64,000 bases of DNA from NCBI GenBank assembly GCA_039715015.1, contig JBDLIE010000012.1, forward strand, positions 1 through 64,000, in the 5' to 3' direction. The stretch's first letter is position 1, and every line of letters begins with the position of its first letter. The position numbers and the translations under genes were made by a program. The stretch is from Thermodesulfobacteriota bacterium (GTDB lineage: Bacteria > Desulfobacterota > Desulfobulbia > Desulfobulbales > SURF-16). Below the pieces are notes generated by a model. It was not told where the DNA came from, searched no databases, and worked only from the letters and a program-made list of their open reading frames with translations. Shown piece by piece: positions 8,316 through 16,600 of the stretch.

Positions 8316-9491
8316 ATGAACACTCAGCTCGACCTTGACCAGGCCCGAAAACTTATTCTCAGCCATACCGCTCCTCTTGCCATTGAGGAAATCCCTCTTC
8401 TCCAGGCCTGCGGCCGGATCTGCGCCGAGGCTTTGACAGCCTCCCTGCCCATTCCCCATTTTCGCCAATCGGCCATGGACGGCTTTGCCCTGCTTAAGGA
8501 TGATTGTATCGAGGGCAAAAAACTGCCCATTGTTTCAGAAATAGCGGCCGGATCCACCGAGGAGCATTTGGCTACACCCCATACCGCTATCCGGATCATG
8601 ACAGGTGGCCGGGTGCCAGATTCGTGCGACCAGGTCATCCCCTTTGAGGAGTGCCGGGAATCAAAAGGGGTTCTCAGTGAACTGCGTTGTCCAAGCCGCT
8701 CCCATATCCGCAAGGTGGGTACGGATGTCAAAAAGGGACACCATATTGTCAAGGCCGGCGAGATCATCACCCCGGGCCATATGCATCTGGCCGCCACTGC
8801 CGGGGCCCAGGCCATTAAAGTCCATGCCCGCCCCAAGGCTGCCATCATCTGCACCGGCAGTGAGCTTGTCGATGACAACCCCCTCCCCGGCCAGATTATC
8901 TCCGGCAACCGCTTTTTGCTGGCAGGCCTTATTGCCCAGAGTGGCGGCCAGGTCTGCGAGGCGGCCACTGTCCAGGATAATGTTAAGGATATCAGCGCCC
9001 GCCTGGCGGCTGTGGCTGGCAAGGCCGATCTGGTCATTACCACTGGCGGCATGGGCCCGGGCAAATATGATTTAGTGGCCCAGGCCTTAGAACAGCTCGG
9101 CGTCACCATCCATTACGGCGCTCTCAATCTGCGGCCTGGCAAGGCCACCCTGTTCGGGACCAAAAAAGGCACCCTCTTTTTTGGTCTTCCCGGCCCGCCA
9201 CCAGCTGTGCGCCTCCTCTTCCACGAGCTGGTCCACCCGGCCCTGCGCGCCCTCCAGGGTCGCAAAAAGCCTGGGCCAAAGATCCTGCGGGCAGAACTCA
9301 CCGAAAAGTTGGCCATCAAACAAAAAGGATTGCTCAACCTCAAGGGCGGTATCCTTACCCTGGCCAATGGCCGCTGCCAGGTGCGGCCCGCCCACCGCCA
9401 CGAGGCCGCCAGCTGTATAATTCTGGTTCCGGCCCATCGGCGCTGCCTCAAAAAAGACGAACTTGTGACGATTCACTTGACAGAGTGGTGA
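8316..9491 (+). CDS. moeA: Molybdopterin molybdotransferase (gephyrin-like), divergent
   Basis: SAMDGFA, IRIMTG, TGSEL, LVITTGG, RPGK, FGLPG. Confidence 0.88.
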   Translation: MNTQLDLDQARKLILSHTAPLAIEEIPLLQACGRICAEALTASLPIPHFRQSAMDGFALLKDDCIEGKKLPIVSEIAAGSTEEHLATPHTAIRIMTGGRVPDSCDQVIPFEECRESKGVLSELRCPSRSHIRKVGTDVKKGHHIVKAGEIITPGHMHLAATAGAQAIKVHARPKAAIICTGSELVDDNPLPGQIISGNRFLLAGLIAQSGGQVCEAATVQDNVKDISARLAAVAGKADLVITTGGMGPGKYDLVAQALEQLGVTIHYGALNLRPGKATLFGTKKGTLFFGLPGPPPAVRLLFHELVHPALRALQGRKKPGPKILRAELTEKLAIKQKGLLNLKGGILTLANGRCQVRPAHRHEAASCIILVPAHRRCLKKDELVTIHLTEW

Positions 9492-9565
9492 TTTTGCAAT
9501 TACCAACCAGTGAGTTTTAAGTCTTTTTAACAATTCATAGCTATCGAAGAAGAAGGACATCAACC

Positions 9566-10837
9566 ATGTTAGAACTGCGTTTCATTCGGGAAAATATAGA
9601 ACTTGTCACTGAAAAATTAAAATTCCGGGGCATTGAAAACTCCCGCATTGGCGAATTCCCTGCCATTGACCAGAAGCGCCGTGATTATCTGAGCGAGGTG
9701 GAAGGCCTGCGCAATAAGCGTAAAACGGTCTCCCAGGAGGTTGCCAAGCTTAAAAAGGCCAAGGAAGATGCGGAAGAGCTGATCTTGGAAATGCGTCAGG
9801 TCAATGACCGCATAAAAGAGCTTGAAGGGCTGCTGGTCACCGTTGAGGCGGACCTGCAGGACATCGTTATGTCGATCCCCAATATCCCCCATGAATCAGT
9901 GCCCTTTGGCAATGATGACAGCGACAATGCCGAGGAGCGGATCTGGGGCGAACCAACTAAGTTCTCCTTTGAGCCCAAGGGCCATCATGAGCTGGGCGAG
10001 GCAAACAACACCATTGATTTCAAACGGGCCGCTAAAATATCCGGGGCCCGTTTTGCCCTGCTTAAGGGCTTTGCCTCCCAGCTTGAAAGGGCCTTAATCA
10101 ACTTCATGATGGACCTTCATACCCAGCGCCATGGCTACACAGAGGTATTGCCCCCCTTCCTGGTCAATACCGAATCCATGACCGCCACCGGCCAGCTTCC
10201 CAAATTTGCCGAGGATCTTTTTAAGACCGGTGTTTCCGAGCGCGATCTCTGGCTCATCCCCACTGCTGAGGTGCCAGTGACCAATATCTTTCGGGATGAG
10301 ACCTTGAGCCCTGCTGAGCTGCCGGTGAAATTCTGCGCCTACACCCCCTGTTTCCGCTCCGAGGCCGGTTCCTACGGCCGCGACACCAAAGGCCTGATCC
10401 GCCAGCACCAGTTCAACAAGGTGGAGCTGGTGAAATTCACCAGGCCCGAGGAATCTGCAGCCGAGCTTGACGCGCTGCTGGCTGATGCCGAAGAGGTCCT
10501 GCAGCTCCTGGAACTACCCTACCGGGTGGTGACCCTCTGCTCCGGCGATCTTGGCTTCTCAGCCAATAAGACCTATGACATAGAGGTCTGGATGCCGGCC
10601 CAGAACATGTACCGGGAGATTTCTTCCTGTAGTAACTTCGGCGACTTCCAGGCCAGACGCGGCGGTATCCGCTACCGGCCGGAGGGCGAAAAAAAATCCA
10701 CCTTTGTCCATACCCTCAACGGTTCCGGCCTGGCCGTGGGCCGTACCCTGGCTGCCATCTACGAAAACTGCCAACAGGAGGATGGTGCCATTAAGGTGCC
10801 CGAGGTGCTGGCCCCCTATTTCAAGACCCGCTTTTAA
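9566..10837 (+). CDS. serS: Serine--tRNA ligase
   Basis: LIPTAEVP, FRSEAGSYGRDTKGLIRQHQF, YREISSCSN, HTLNGSGLAVGR. Confidence 0.99.
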   Translation: MLELRFIRENIELVTEKLKFRGIENSRIGEFPAIDQKRRDYLSEVEGLRNKRKTVSQEVAKLKKAKEDAEELILEMRQVNDRIKELEGLLVTVEADLQDIVMSIPNIPHESVPFGNDDSDNAEERIWGEPTKFSFEPKGHHELGEANNTIDFKRAAKISGARFALLKGFASQLERALINFMMDLHTQRHGYTEVLPPFLVNTESMTATGQLPKFAEDLFKTGVSERDLWLIPTAEVPVTNIFRDETLSPAELPVKFCAYTPCFRSEAGSYGRDTKGLIRQHQFNKVELVKFTRPEESAAELDALLADAEEVLQLLELPYRVVTLCSGDLGFSANKTYDIEVWMPAQNMYREISSCSNFGDFQARRGGIRYRPEGEKKSTFVHTLNGSGLAVGRTLAAIYENCQQEDGAIKVPEVLAPYFKTRF

Positions 10838-10861
10838 TTTCCGTTATCAGACATAGAATAT

Positions 10862-10903
10862 AAAAAACCCCCTGCATCCTTATTTGGATGCAGGGGGTTT
10901 TTT
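10862..10903. terminator. Bidirectional Rho-independent terminator after serS
   Basis: AAAAAACCCCCTGCATCC-N6-GGATGCAGGGGGTTTTTT perfect stem. Confidence 0.9.
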
Positions 10904-10916
10904 ATATAATCAGTCC

Positions 10917-11090
10917 CCCCATTCAGCCCTGAACGAGCAGGGAGCCGAACAAGGGGCAAAGCATTGCGGACTCTTTGAGCGAATGCGAGTTCCCACAATG
11001 CCCCTTGTACGGCGGAAGGCGAGTGGTGCCGAAGGCCAGGTCTGCTGGGGTGCCCTTTTTCGGTTCATTTTTGGGCAAGCAAAAAGGAAC
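10917..11090. repeat. Structured intergenic element (REP/MITE-like or ncRNA)
   Basis: Nested stems: GCCGAACAAGGGG...CCCCTTGTACGGC, GCATTGCGGACTC...GAGTTCCCACAATGC, GCCGAAGGC, GTTCATTTTTG-GGCAAG-CAAAAAGGAAC. Confidence 0.55.
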
Positions 11091-11139
11091 AAAGGCAACT
11101 TCGAGCACTGAACAAAAACCCATCTCAACACTTAAAATC

Positions 11140-12072
11140 TTACTCCATCGCCAACTCAATCAACCTATCAAGAAGCTCTGTAAATTCAAGGCCAAAAACC
11201 TTGGCAGCCTGGGGCAAGAGGCTGGTCGGCGTCATCCCTGGAATAGTATTGGTCTCAATAACATAGATTTGACCATCTTCGGCCACCATCATATCCGTCC
11301 GGCTATAGCCTTTGAGCTTTAAGGCCTGATGGGCAACGAGCCCCACTTCCTGGGCCTTTTGGCTGGTGGCCTCATCCAGTTCAGCCGGGCACACCTCCCT
11401 GCTGGCGCCGGGTTGATACTTGGCCTGGTAGTCAAAGAAGGGATACTCCTCACCAGGAATGATCTCCACCAGGGGCAGGGCGCTTAACTTCCTATTGCCA
11501 AGGACACCGCAGGTGATTTCCCGGCCGCGGATAAACTCCTCCACCATCACCTCGTCATCGTACTCAAAGGCCTGGGCCAGACCAGCGGCCAACTCCTTTT
11601 CATCATGGGCAATGGACATGCCCAGGCTGGAGCCCTGGCGCACCGGCTTAATCACCACCGGCAAATTTAACTTTGCCGCCAAAGGCCCTGGATTGCTGAC
11701 ATCTTCAGGGGAGGCCATCTGCCAGTTGGCCACCTTAAGGCCTGCCGCTCTATACATCTCTTTAGCCAGATTCTTGTCCATGGCCAGGGCGCTGCCCAAG
11801 ACACCAGCTCCCTGATAGGGGATCCCAAGGAGATCAAGGGTGCCCTGCATGGAGCCGTCTTCTCCTAAAGGGCCATGGAGAAGGATAAAGGCAACATCCA
11901 GCTTCTTGGCATCCGCCGCCAAGCTGGCCAGATCGGTGGCAGGATCATACTGGCTCACCTCATACTTATTACCATCCAAGGCCGCAAGAACACCGCGGGC
12001 TCCGGCCAGCGACACCTCTCGCTCCCCTGACTTACCGCCGGCAATCAAGGCCAGGCGTATTTTTTCTGCCAT
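11140..12072 (-). CDS. ddl: D-alanine--D-alanine ligase
   Basis: GGKSGEREVSL, LHGPLGEDG, GSSLG, DYQAKY, ETNTIPGMTPTSL. Confidence 0.97.
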   Translation of the reverse strand: MAEKIRLALIAGGKSGEREVSLAGARGVLAALDGNKYEVSQYDPATDLASLAADAKKLDVAFILLHGPLGEDGSMQGTLDLLGIPYQGAGVLGSALAMDKNLAKEMYRAAGLKVANWQMASPEDVSNPGPLAAKLNLPVVIKPVRQGSSLGMSIAHDEKELAAGLAQAFEYDDEVMVEEFIRGREITCGVLGNRKLSALPLVEIIPGEEYPFFDYQAKYQPGASREVCPAELDEATSQKAQEVGLVAHQALKLKGYSRTDMMVAEDGQIYVIETNTIPGMTPTSLLPQAAKVFGLEFTELLDRLIELAME

Positions 12073-12214
12073 AATAAATTCCTCATAAAATGAGTGCTGC
12101 TCCCTTCTTTCTTCACAGAGGCAGGCACAACAAAAACTTCGTACTTTATCTTCTTCATGGTAAACCAGGAACCAAGACCTTCAAACAACTATCAAGAATG
12201 GAACCCCATTGTCA

Positions 12215-13585
12215 ATGGATAGCCATATAATTCAAGCCCTTAAAGATATTGTCGGAACGGACCGCCTGGAGACTGCCGCTGAGGAGCTGCAATGTTATTC
12301 CTACGATGGCACTGGCCAGGAATTTGTTCCCGCAGCCGTGGCCTTTCCAGCCAGCACCGAGCAGATCAGCAAGATCATGGAGCTTGCGACGGCTGAGCAA
12401 TTTCCGGTGGTACCACGCGGCGCTGGCAGCGGCATGACCGGCGGCTCCCTCCCCGTGGCTGGCGGCCTGGTCCTTGCCCTGGGCCGGATGGACCGCATCC
12501 TGGAGATTGATGAGGAGAACCAGCTTGCCATTGTTGAGCCCGGGGTCATCACCGGCAAACTCAGGGAAACCCTGGCCCCCCTTGGCCTTTTCTACCCACC
12601 GGATCCGGCCAGTCTCAAATTCTGCACCCTGGGCGGCAATGTGGCGGAATGCGCTGGTGGCCCCAGCGCTGTTAAATACGGGGTGACTCGAGATTATGTC
12701 CTGGGGCTTGAGGTGGTGCTGGCCGATGGCCGCATCCTTGAAACCGGGGTCCGCACCCGCAAAGGCGTGGTGGGCTATGACCTCACCCGCCTCTTCACCG
12801 GTTCTGAGGGTACCCTAGGTGTCATCACCAAAATTATCCTGCGCCTGACCTCCCGCCCCACGGCCAGCAAGACCTTTCTCCTCCTCTTTGCCGAGATGGT
12901 TCAGGCCGCCACCCTGGTGGCCGACATGCTTAAGGAGCATGCGCCCTCCACCCTGGAGTACCTGGACCACACGGCCCTGTCCCTGGTGGCTGACAAGCTG
13001 CCCTTTGACCTGCCTGCCAAAACCAAGGCCATGCTCCTTGTCGAGCTTGACGGTGATGCCCAGTCCGTAAAATTGCAAAACAGCCGGCTCAACGATTTTC
13101 TGGCCGGACGCCCGGATATTCTTCTGCAACAGCAGGCAGAAACCCCTGAGGAGGTGGATAACCTGTGGATGGCCCGCCGTTCCGTATCACCGGCTGCCTT
13201 TAATTTAAGGCCAGACAAAATCAGCGAGGATGTCGTGGTGCCCCGCTCCAAAATACCGGATCTTGTTGCCTGCGCTGCGGAGCTTGGCAGCCGCTACCAA
13301 CTGCCCATCTTTACCTTTGGCCATGCCGGAGATGGCAATATCCACGTTAATATCATGGTGGACAAGGCCAATCAGGCAGAAGTTGACCGCGCTCAGCAGG
13401 CCAAAGAGGCCCTTTTCCGGCACGTGCTTGATCTGCAAGGTTCACTTTCCGGAGAACATGGCATTGGCCTTACCAAGGCCCCTTTCTTGGACCTTGAACT
13501 TTCTGAAACCAGCCTTGATATCCAACAGCAGCTTAAAAATCTCTTTGACCCCCTTCATATCCTCAACCCCGGCAAGATCTTTTAG
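12215..13585 (+). CDS. glcD: FAD-linked oxidase, glycolate/D-lactate dehydrogenase GlcD family
   Basis: PRGAGSGMTGG, FYPPDPAS, GSEGTLG, GHAGDGNIH, SGEHGIG, LNPGK. Confidence 0.88.
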   Translation: MDSHIIQALKDIVGTDRLETAAEELQCYSYDGTGQEFVPAAVAFPASTEQISKIMELATAEQFPVVPRGAGSGMTGGSLPVAGGLVLALGRMDRILEIDEENQLAIVEPGVITGKLRETLAPLGLFYPPDPASLKFCTLGGNVAECAGGPSAVKYGVTRDYVLGLEVVLADGRILETGVRTRKGVVGYDLTRLFTGSEGTLGVITKIILRLTSRPTASKTFLLLFAEMVQAATLVADMLKEHAPSTLEYLDHTALSLVADKLPFDLPAKTKAMLLVELDGDAQSVKLQNSRLNDFLAGRPDILLQQQAETPEEVDNLWMARRSVSPAAFNLRPDKISEDVVVPRSKIPDLVACAAELGSRYQLPIFTFGHAGDGNIHVNIMVDKANQAEVDRAQQAKEALFRHVLDLQGSLSGEHGIGLTKAPFLDLELSETSLDIQQQLKNLFDPLHILNPGKIF

Positions 13586-13713
13586 TCCCCTCCCGGATTC
13601 CCTTTTTTTACAAAAATTCCGCATATATTTGCCATCTACCCTAACTTTTCATACCCTGGCAAGTGAAGGTCTCTTCCCGCCTGCAACCTGCTGGCCAACA
13701 GAAGGAAAAGTGC

Positions 13714-15051
13714 ATGCCGTTAAATCGTCTCACCATAGCCATTATCTACTGCCTGGGCATCATTTGCTTCGGCACCGCAGGCTATATGACCCTGGAGGGC
13801 TATAATTTTCTGGAAGCCCTTTACATGACGGTTATTACCATTACCACCGTTGGTTTTGGTGAGGTCATCCCTCTTTCAGCATCAGGCCGGATCTTTACTG
13901 TTGTCCTCATTATTATTGGCCTTATAGGTCTGGCCTATGCCGGCCATAGCATTGCAGAGTCATTACTAGAGCAGATGTGGAGCAGAAACTCGGAGATTAA
14001 GAAAATGCAGACACGAATTGGCAGACTCCAAAAACATTACATCATCTGCGGCTATGGCCGGGTGGGCCAGGCAGCAGCCCATTATTTTTCCAAGCTGGGC
14101 ATCCCCATCGTTATCATTGAATTTTCCGACGAGGCCTGTGAAAAAATTAAAGAACACGATTTGCCCTATGTCCAGGGTGATGCCACCTTGGACGAAAACC
14201 TGCTCAATGCCGGCATTAAAAGGGCCAGCGGCCTTCTTGCCCTTCTCCACTCCGATCCCCTTAACCTTTTTACCACCCTTACGGCCCGCGAGTTAAACCC
14301 CACCCTGCGCATTATCTCCCGCTCGGCCGAATTCAGCGCCGAACAAAAAATTCTCAAGGCAGGGGCCGACAGCGTGGTCTGTCCCCATGTCACCGCTGGA
14401 AAACATATCGCCGAAAACATTCTGTCTGCCACCGGCCACATGCCGGAAAAAATCGCCCAGCCCATTACCATCCAGCCCCAGTGGGTAAAGATCAAGGAGG
14501 GCTCCAGCATGGCAGATAAACTCATCGGCGAGTTGGCCGCCAAGATGGGCCGAGAGATTATTGGCCTTCGGCGCGGGGATCAAGATTTTATCTATCCTGA
14601 CCCGGTCAGTGTTCTCAAGGTGGGAGACAAGATACTTATCCTGGAGGAAGGCGGCCAAGAGGAGGAACTTGTCGAGGCCACGCCCCAAAAAATCGTCATT
14701 GTCGATGACAATCCGGTTATTGTCCACCTCTACGCCCGTCTCTTTCAAAAGGCTGGCTTTATTCCCCTCACCGCTTCTGACGGTGAGCAAGGATTGGCGA
14801 TGATTTTGGAAGAGAAACCTGATGCCGCTGTTATCGACTTCATGCTGCCGGAGCTGTCTGGCATCGAGGTGGTGGAAAAGGTACGCAAGGTCCTGCCCTA
14901 TCCGATCAAACTCATCGTCTTCACTGCTAACGAACAGGACAAAACCAGAAAGGATGCTTTGGCCGCCGGTGCCGACCAGGTGGTGGTCAAAAGCCCTGAG
15001 GCGGCCGAGGTTATCGATACTGTGGTACAGCTCATCAGGCCCCAGAGCTAA
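13714..15051 (+). CDS. Two-TM potassium channel with RCK (TrkA-N/TrkA-C) domains fused to a C-terminal response-regulator receiver domain
   Basis: TVGFG filter at 13846-13860; CGYGRVG Rossmann motif; IIGLRRG RCK-C; receiver VIVDD...VIDFMLP...FTA...VVK. Confidence 0.88.
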   Translation: MPLNRLTIAIIYCLGIICFGTAGYMTLEGYNFLEALYMTVITITTVGFGEVIPLSASGRIFTVVLIIIGLIGLAYAGHSIAESLLEQMWSRNSEIKKMQTRIGRLQKHYIICGYGRVGQAAAHYFSKLGIPIVIIEFSDEACEKIKEHDLPYVQGDATLDENLLNAGIKRASGLLALLHSDPLNLFTTLTARELNPTLRIISRSAEFSAEQKILKAGADSVVCPHVTAGKHIAENILSATGHMPEKIAQPITIQPQWVKIKEGSSMADKLIGELAAKMGREIIGLRRGDQDFIYPDPVSVLKVGDKILILEEGGQEEELVEATPQKIVIVDDNPVIVHLYARLFQKAGFIPLTASDGEQGLAMILEEKPDAAVIDFMLPELSGIEVVEKVRKVLPYPIKLIVFTANEQDKTRKDALAAGADQVVVKSPEAAEVIDTVVQLIRPQS

Positions 15052-15217
15052 AACTTTTCTGGCCGCTTGCCAGGAAATCCATTGACAAGACAGAGGATCA
15101 TCCTTTATAAGGTCTGTTTGTTTTTGGCCTTGCGCATTACTAATTAAACTGACAAAAGTCAGATATATACATTCTCGCATCGTTTTAGCGGTGCAAACGT
15201 CTCTATACGGAGTTATC

Positions 15218-15412
15218 ATGATTGAAGTTGAAGTACGTGGCGACATCGAATACGCCATTCGCCAACTGAAGAAAAAGCTGCAGCTTGACGGCATGAAAAA
15301 AGAACTCAAACGCCGTGAGCATTATGAAAAACCAAGCGTAAAGCGTCGCCGTAAGCAGGCCGAGGCCAAGCGTAAGCTGCGCAAGACGATGTTCCGCTCC
15401 TTCCGTGACTAG
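15218..15412 (+). CDS. rpsU: 30S ribosomal protein S21
   Basis: IEYAIRQLKKK...ELKRREHYEKPSVKRRRK; GGAG RBS before ATG 15218. Confidence 0.95.
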   Translation: MIEVEVRGDIEYAIRQLKKKLQLDGMKKELKRREHYEKPSVKRRRKQAEAKRKLRKTMFRSFRD

Positions 15413-15478
15413 TTTCTAGTCCTGCCTCTCTGAGGACAGAGCGGGAACGAGCGGCGCCAGTAAACCCGCCTCCTTCCC

Positions 15479-16459
15479 GTGCCCTGGATGACCACTGACA
15501 GCCCTCAGAAACCATCGCCTTCTTCACGCACCCACAAAAGAAAGAGGCCCACTGAGCTGCCAGCCGAAATGACCGGCAGCCGGGATCTCTTTCTTCATTA
15601 TCTAGCCGCTGAACGGCGGCTAGCTCAGAACACCCTGTCGGCCTACCATACAGACCTTCAGGGTCTTTTTGTTTTCCTGCACAAAAAAAAACTTCGCCTC
15701 CCAGCTGTTACCCCGCAGCATCTTCGCTCTTATTTTGCCAAGCTCCACGCCGAGCTGATTAGCAGCCGTTCTTTAAGCCGTAAACTTTCAAGCTTTCGCG
15801 CCTTTTTCCGTTTTCTTGTTGCCGAAAACGTTATTACATCCGACCCCACCAGCCATCTTGACTCCCCCAAGTTAGGCCGCTGCCTGCCCAAGACCCTCAC
15901 GGTGAGCGAGGTTGACCGGCTCTTAAAGAACCATTCTTTATCCGCCCTGGGGCTGCGGGACCATGCCATGCTTCATCTTCTCTATGCCACCGGCCTCCGG
16001 GTCTCTGAGCTTGTCTCTCTGCCCGTTGCCGCAGTGAGCATGCAGGCCGGCTTTATCAGGGTGATTGGCAAAGGGGACAAGGAACGCCTCATTCCCTTTG
16101 GCAAACAGGCCAGGGAAACCCTCATCTCCTATCTAAAAAAGAGCAGGCCGCTCCTTCTTAAAAAAAAGACAAGCCCCCTGGTCTTTATCACCAGCCGGGG
16201 TACGGGTATGACCAGGGCCCGCTTCTGGCAGATTATTAAGGAAAGGGCACGGGTAGCCGGGATCGACAAAAAAATATCTCCCCATGTCCTGCGCCACTCC
16301 TTTGCCAGTCATCTGCTGGCCCATGATGCTGATTTGCGGGCCGTGCAGATGATGCTGGGCCACTCCGATATTGCCACCACCCAGATCTACACCCATGTGG
16401 ACAACGATCGCCTGAAAGCCATCCACCAGAAATTTCATCCCCGGGGCTCGAAAAGATAG
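15479..16459 (+). CDS. xerD: Site-specific tyrosine recombinase XerD (start codon uncertain)
   Basis: LYATGLRVSEL, GKGDKERLIP, SPHVLRHSFASHLL, DLRAVQMMLGHSDIATTQIYTHV, HPR. Confidence 0.93.
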   Translation: MPWMTTDSPQKPSPSSRTHKRKRPTELPAEMTGSRDLFLHYLAAERRLAQNTLSAYHTDLQGLFVFLHKKKLRLPAVTPQHLRSYFAKLHAELISSRSLSRKLSSFRAFFRFLVAENVITSDPTSHLDSPKLGRCLPKTLTVSEVDRLLKNHSLSALGLRDHAMLHLLYATGLRVSELVSLPVAAVSMQAGFIRVIGKGDKERLIPFGKQARETLISYLKKSRPLLLKKKTSPLVFITSRGTGMTRARFWQIIKERARVAGIDKKISPHVLRHSFASHLLAHDADLRAVQMMLGHSDIATTQIYTHVDNDRLKAIHQKFHPRGSKR

Positions 16460-16495
16460 GAGGGAAGGGTGAGGGAAATATGCTATTCTTTATGA

Positions 16496-16596
16496 AGAGA
16501 AGGTAAAGGAGTTAGAGGGGTTAAAGAATATAAAGAAACGCACTCACACCTTCTCTATCTCCTCTCCCTTCCCTAACTCCTCTAACTCCTCTAACC
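16496..16596. repeat. Purine-rich/pyrimidine-rich intergenic hairpin element, copy B
   Basis: AGAGAAGGTAAAGGAGTTAGAGG pairs with CACCTTCTCTAT and tandem CTAACTCCT 9-mers; related to 6920-7033. Confidence 0.6.
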
Positions 16597-16600
16597 ACCT

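Noticed and set aside
10884..11322. Short ORFs between serS and ddl
   Set aside because: They overlap the terminator and the structured element and have no protein-like features.
15479..16459. Prophage or island integrase
   Set aside because: Canonical XerD motifs in a housekeeping context, with no att sites or phage genes.
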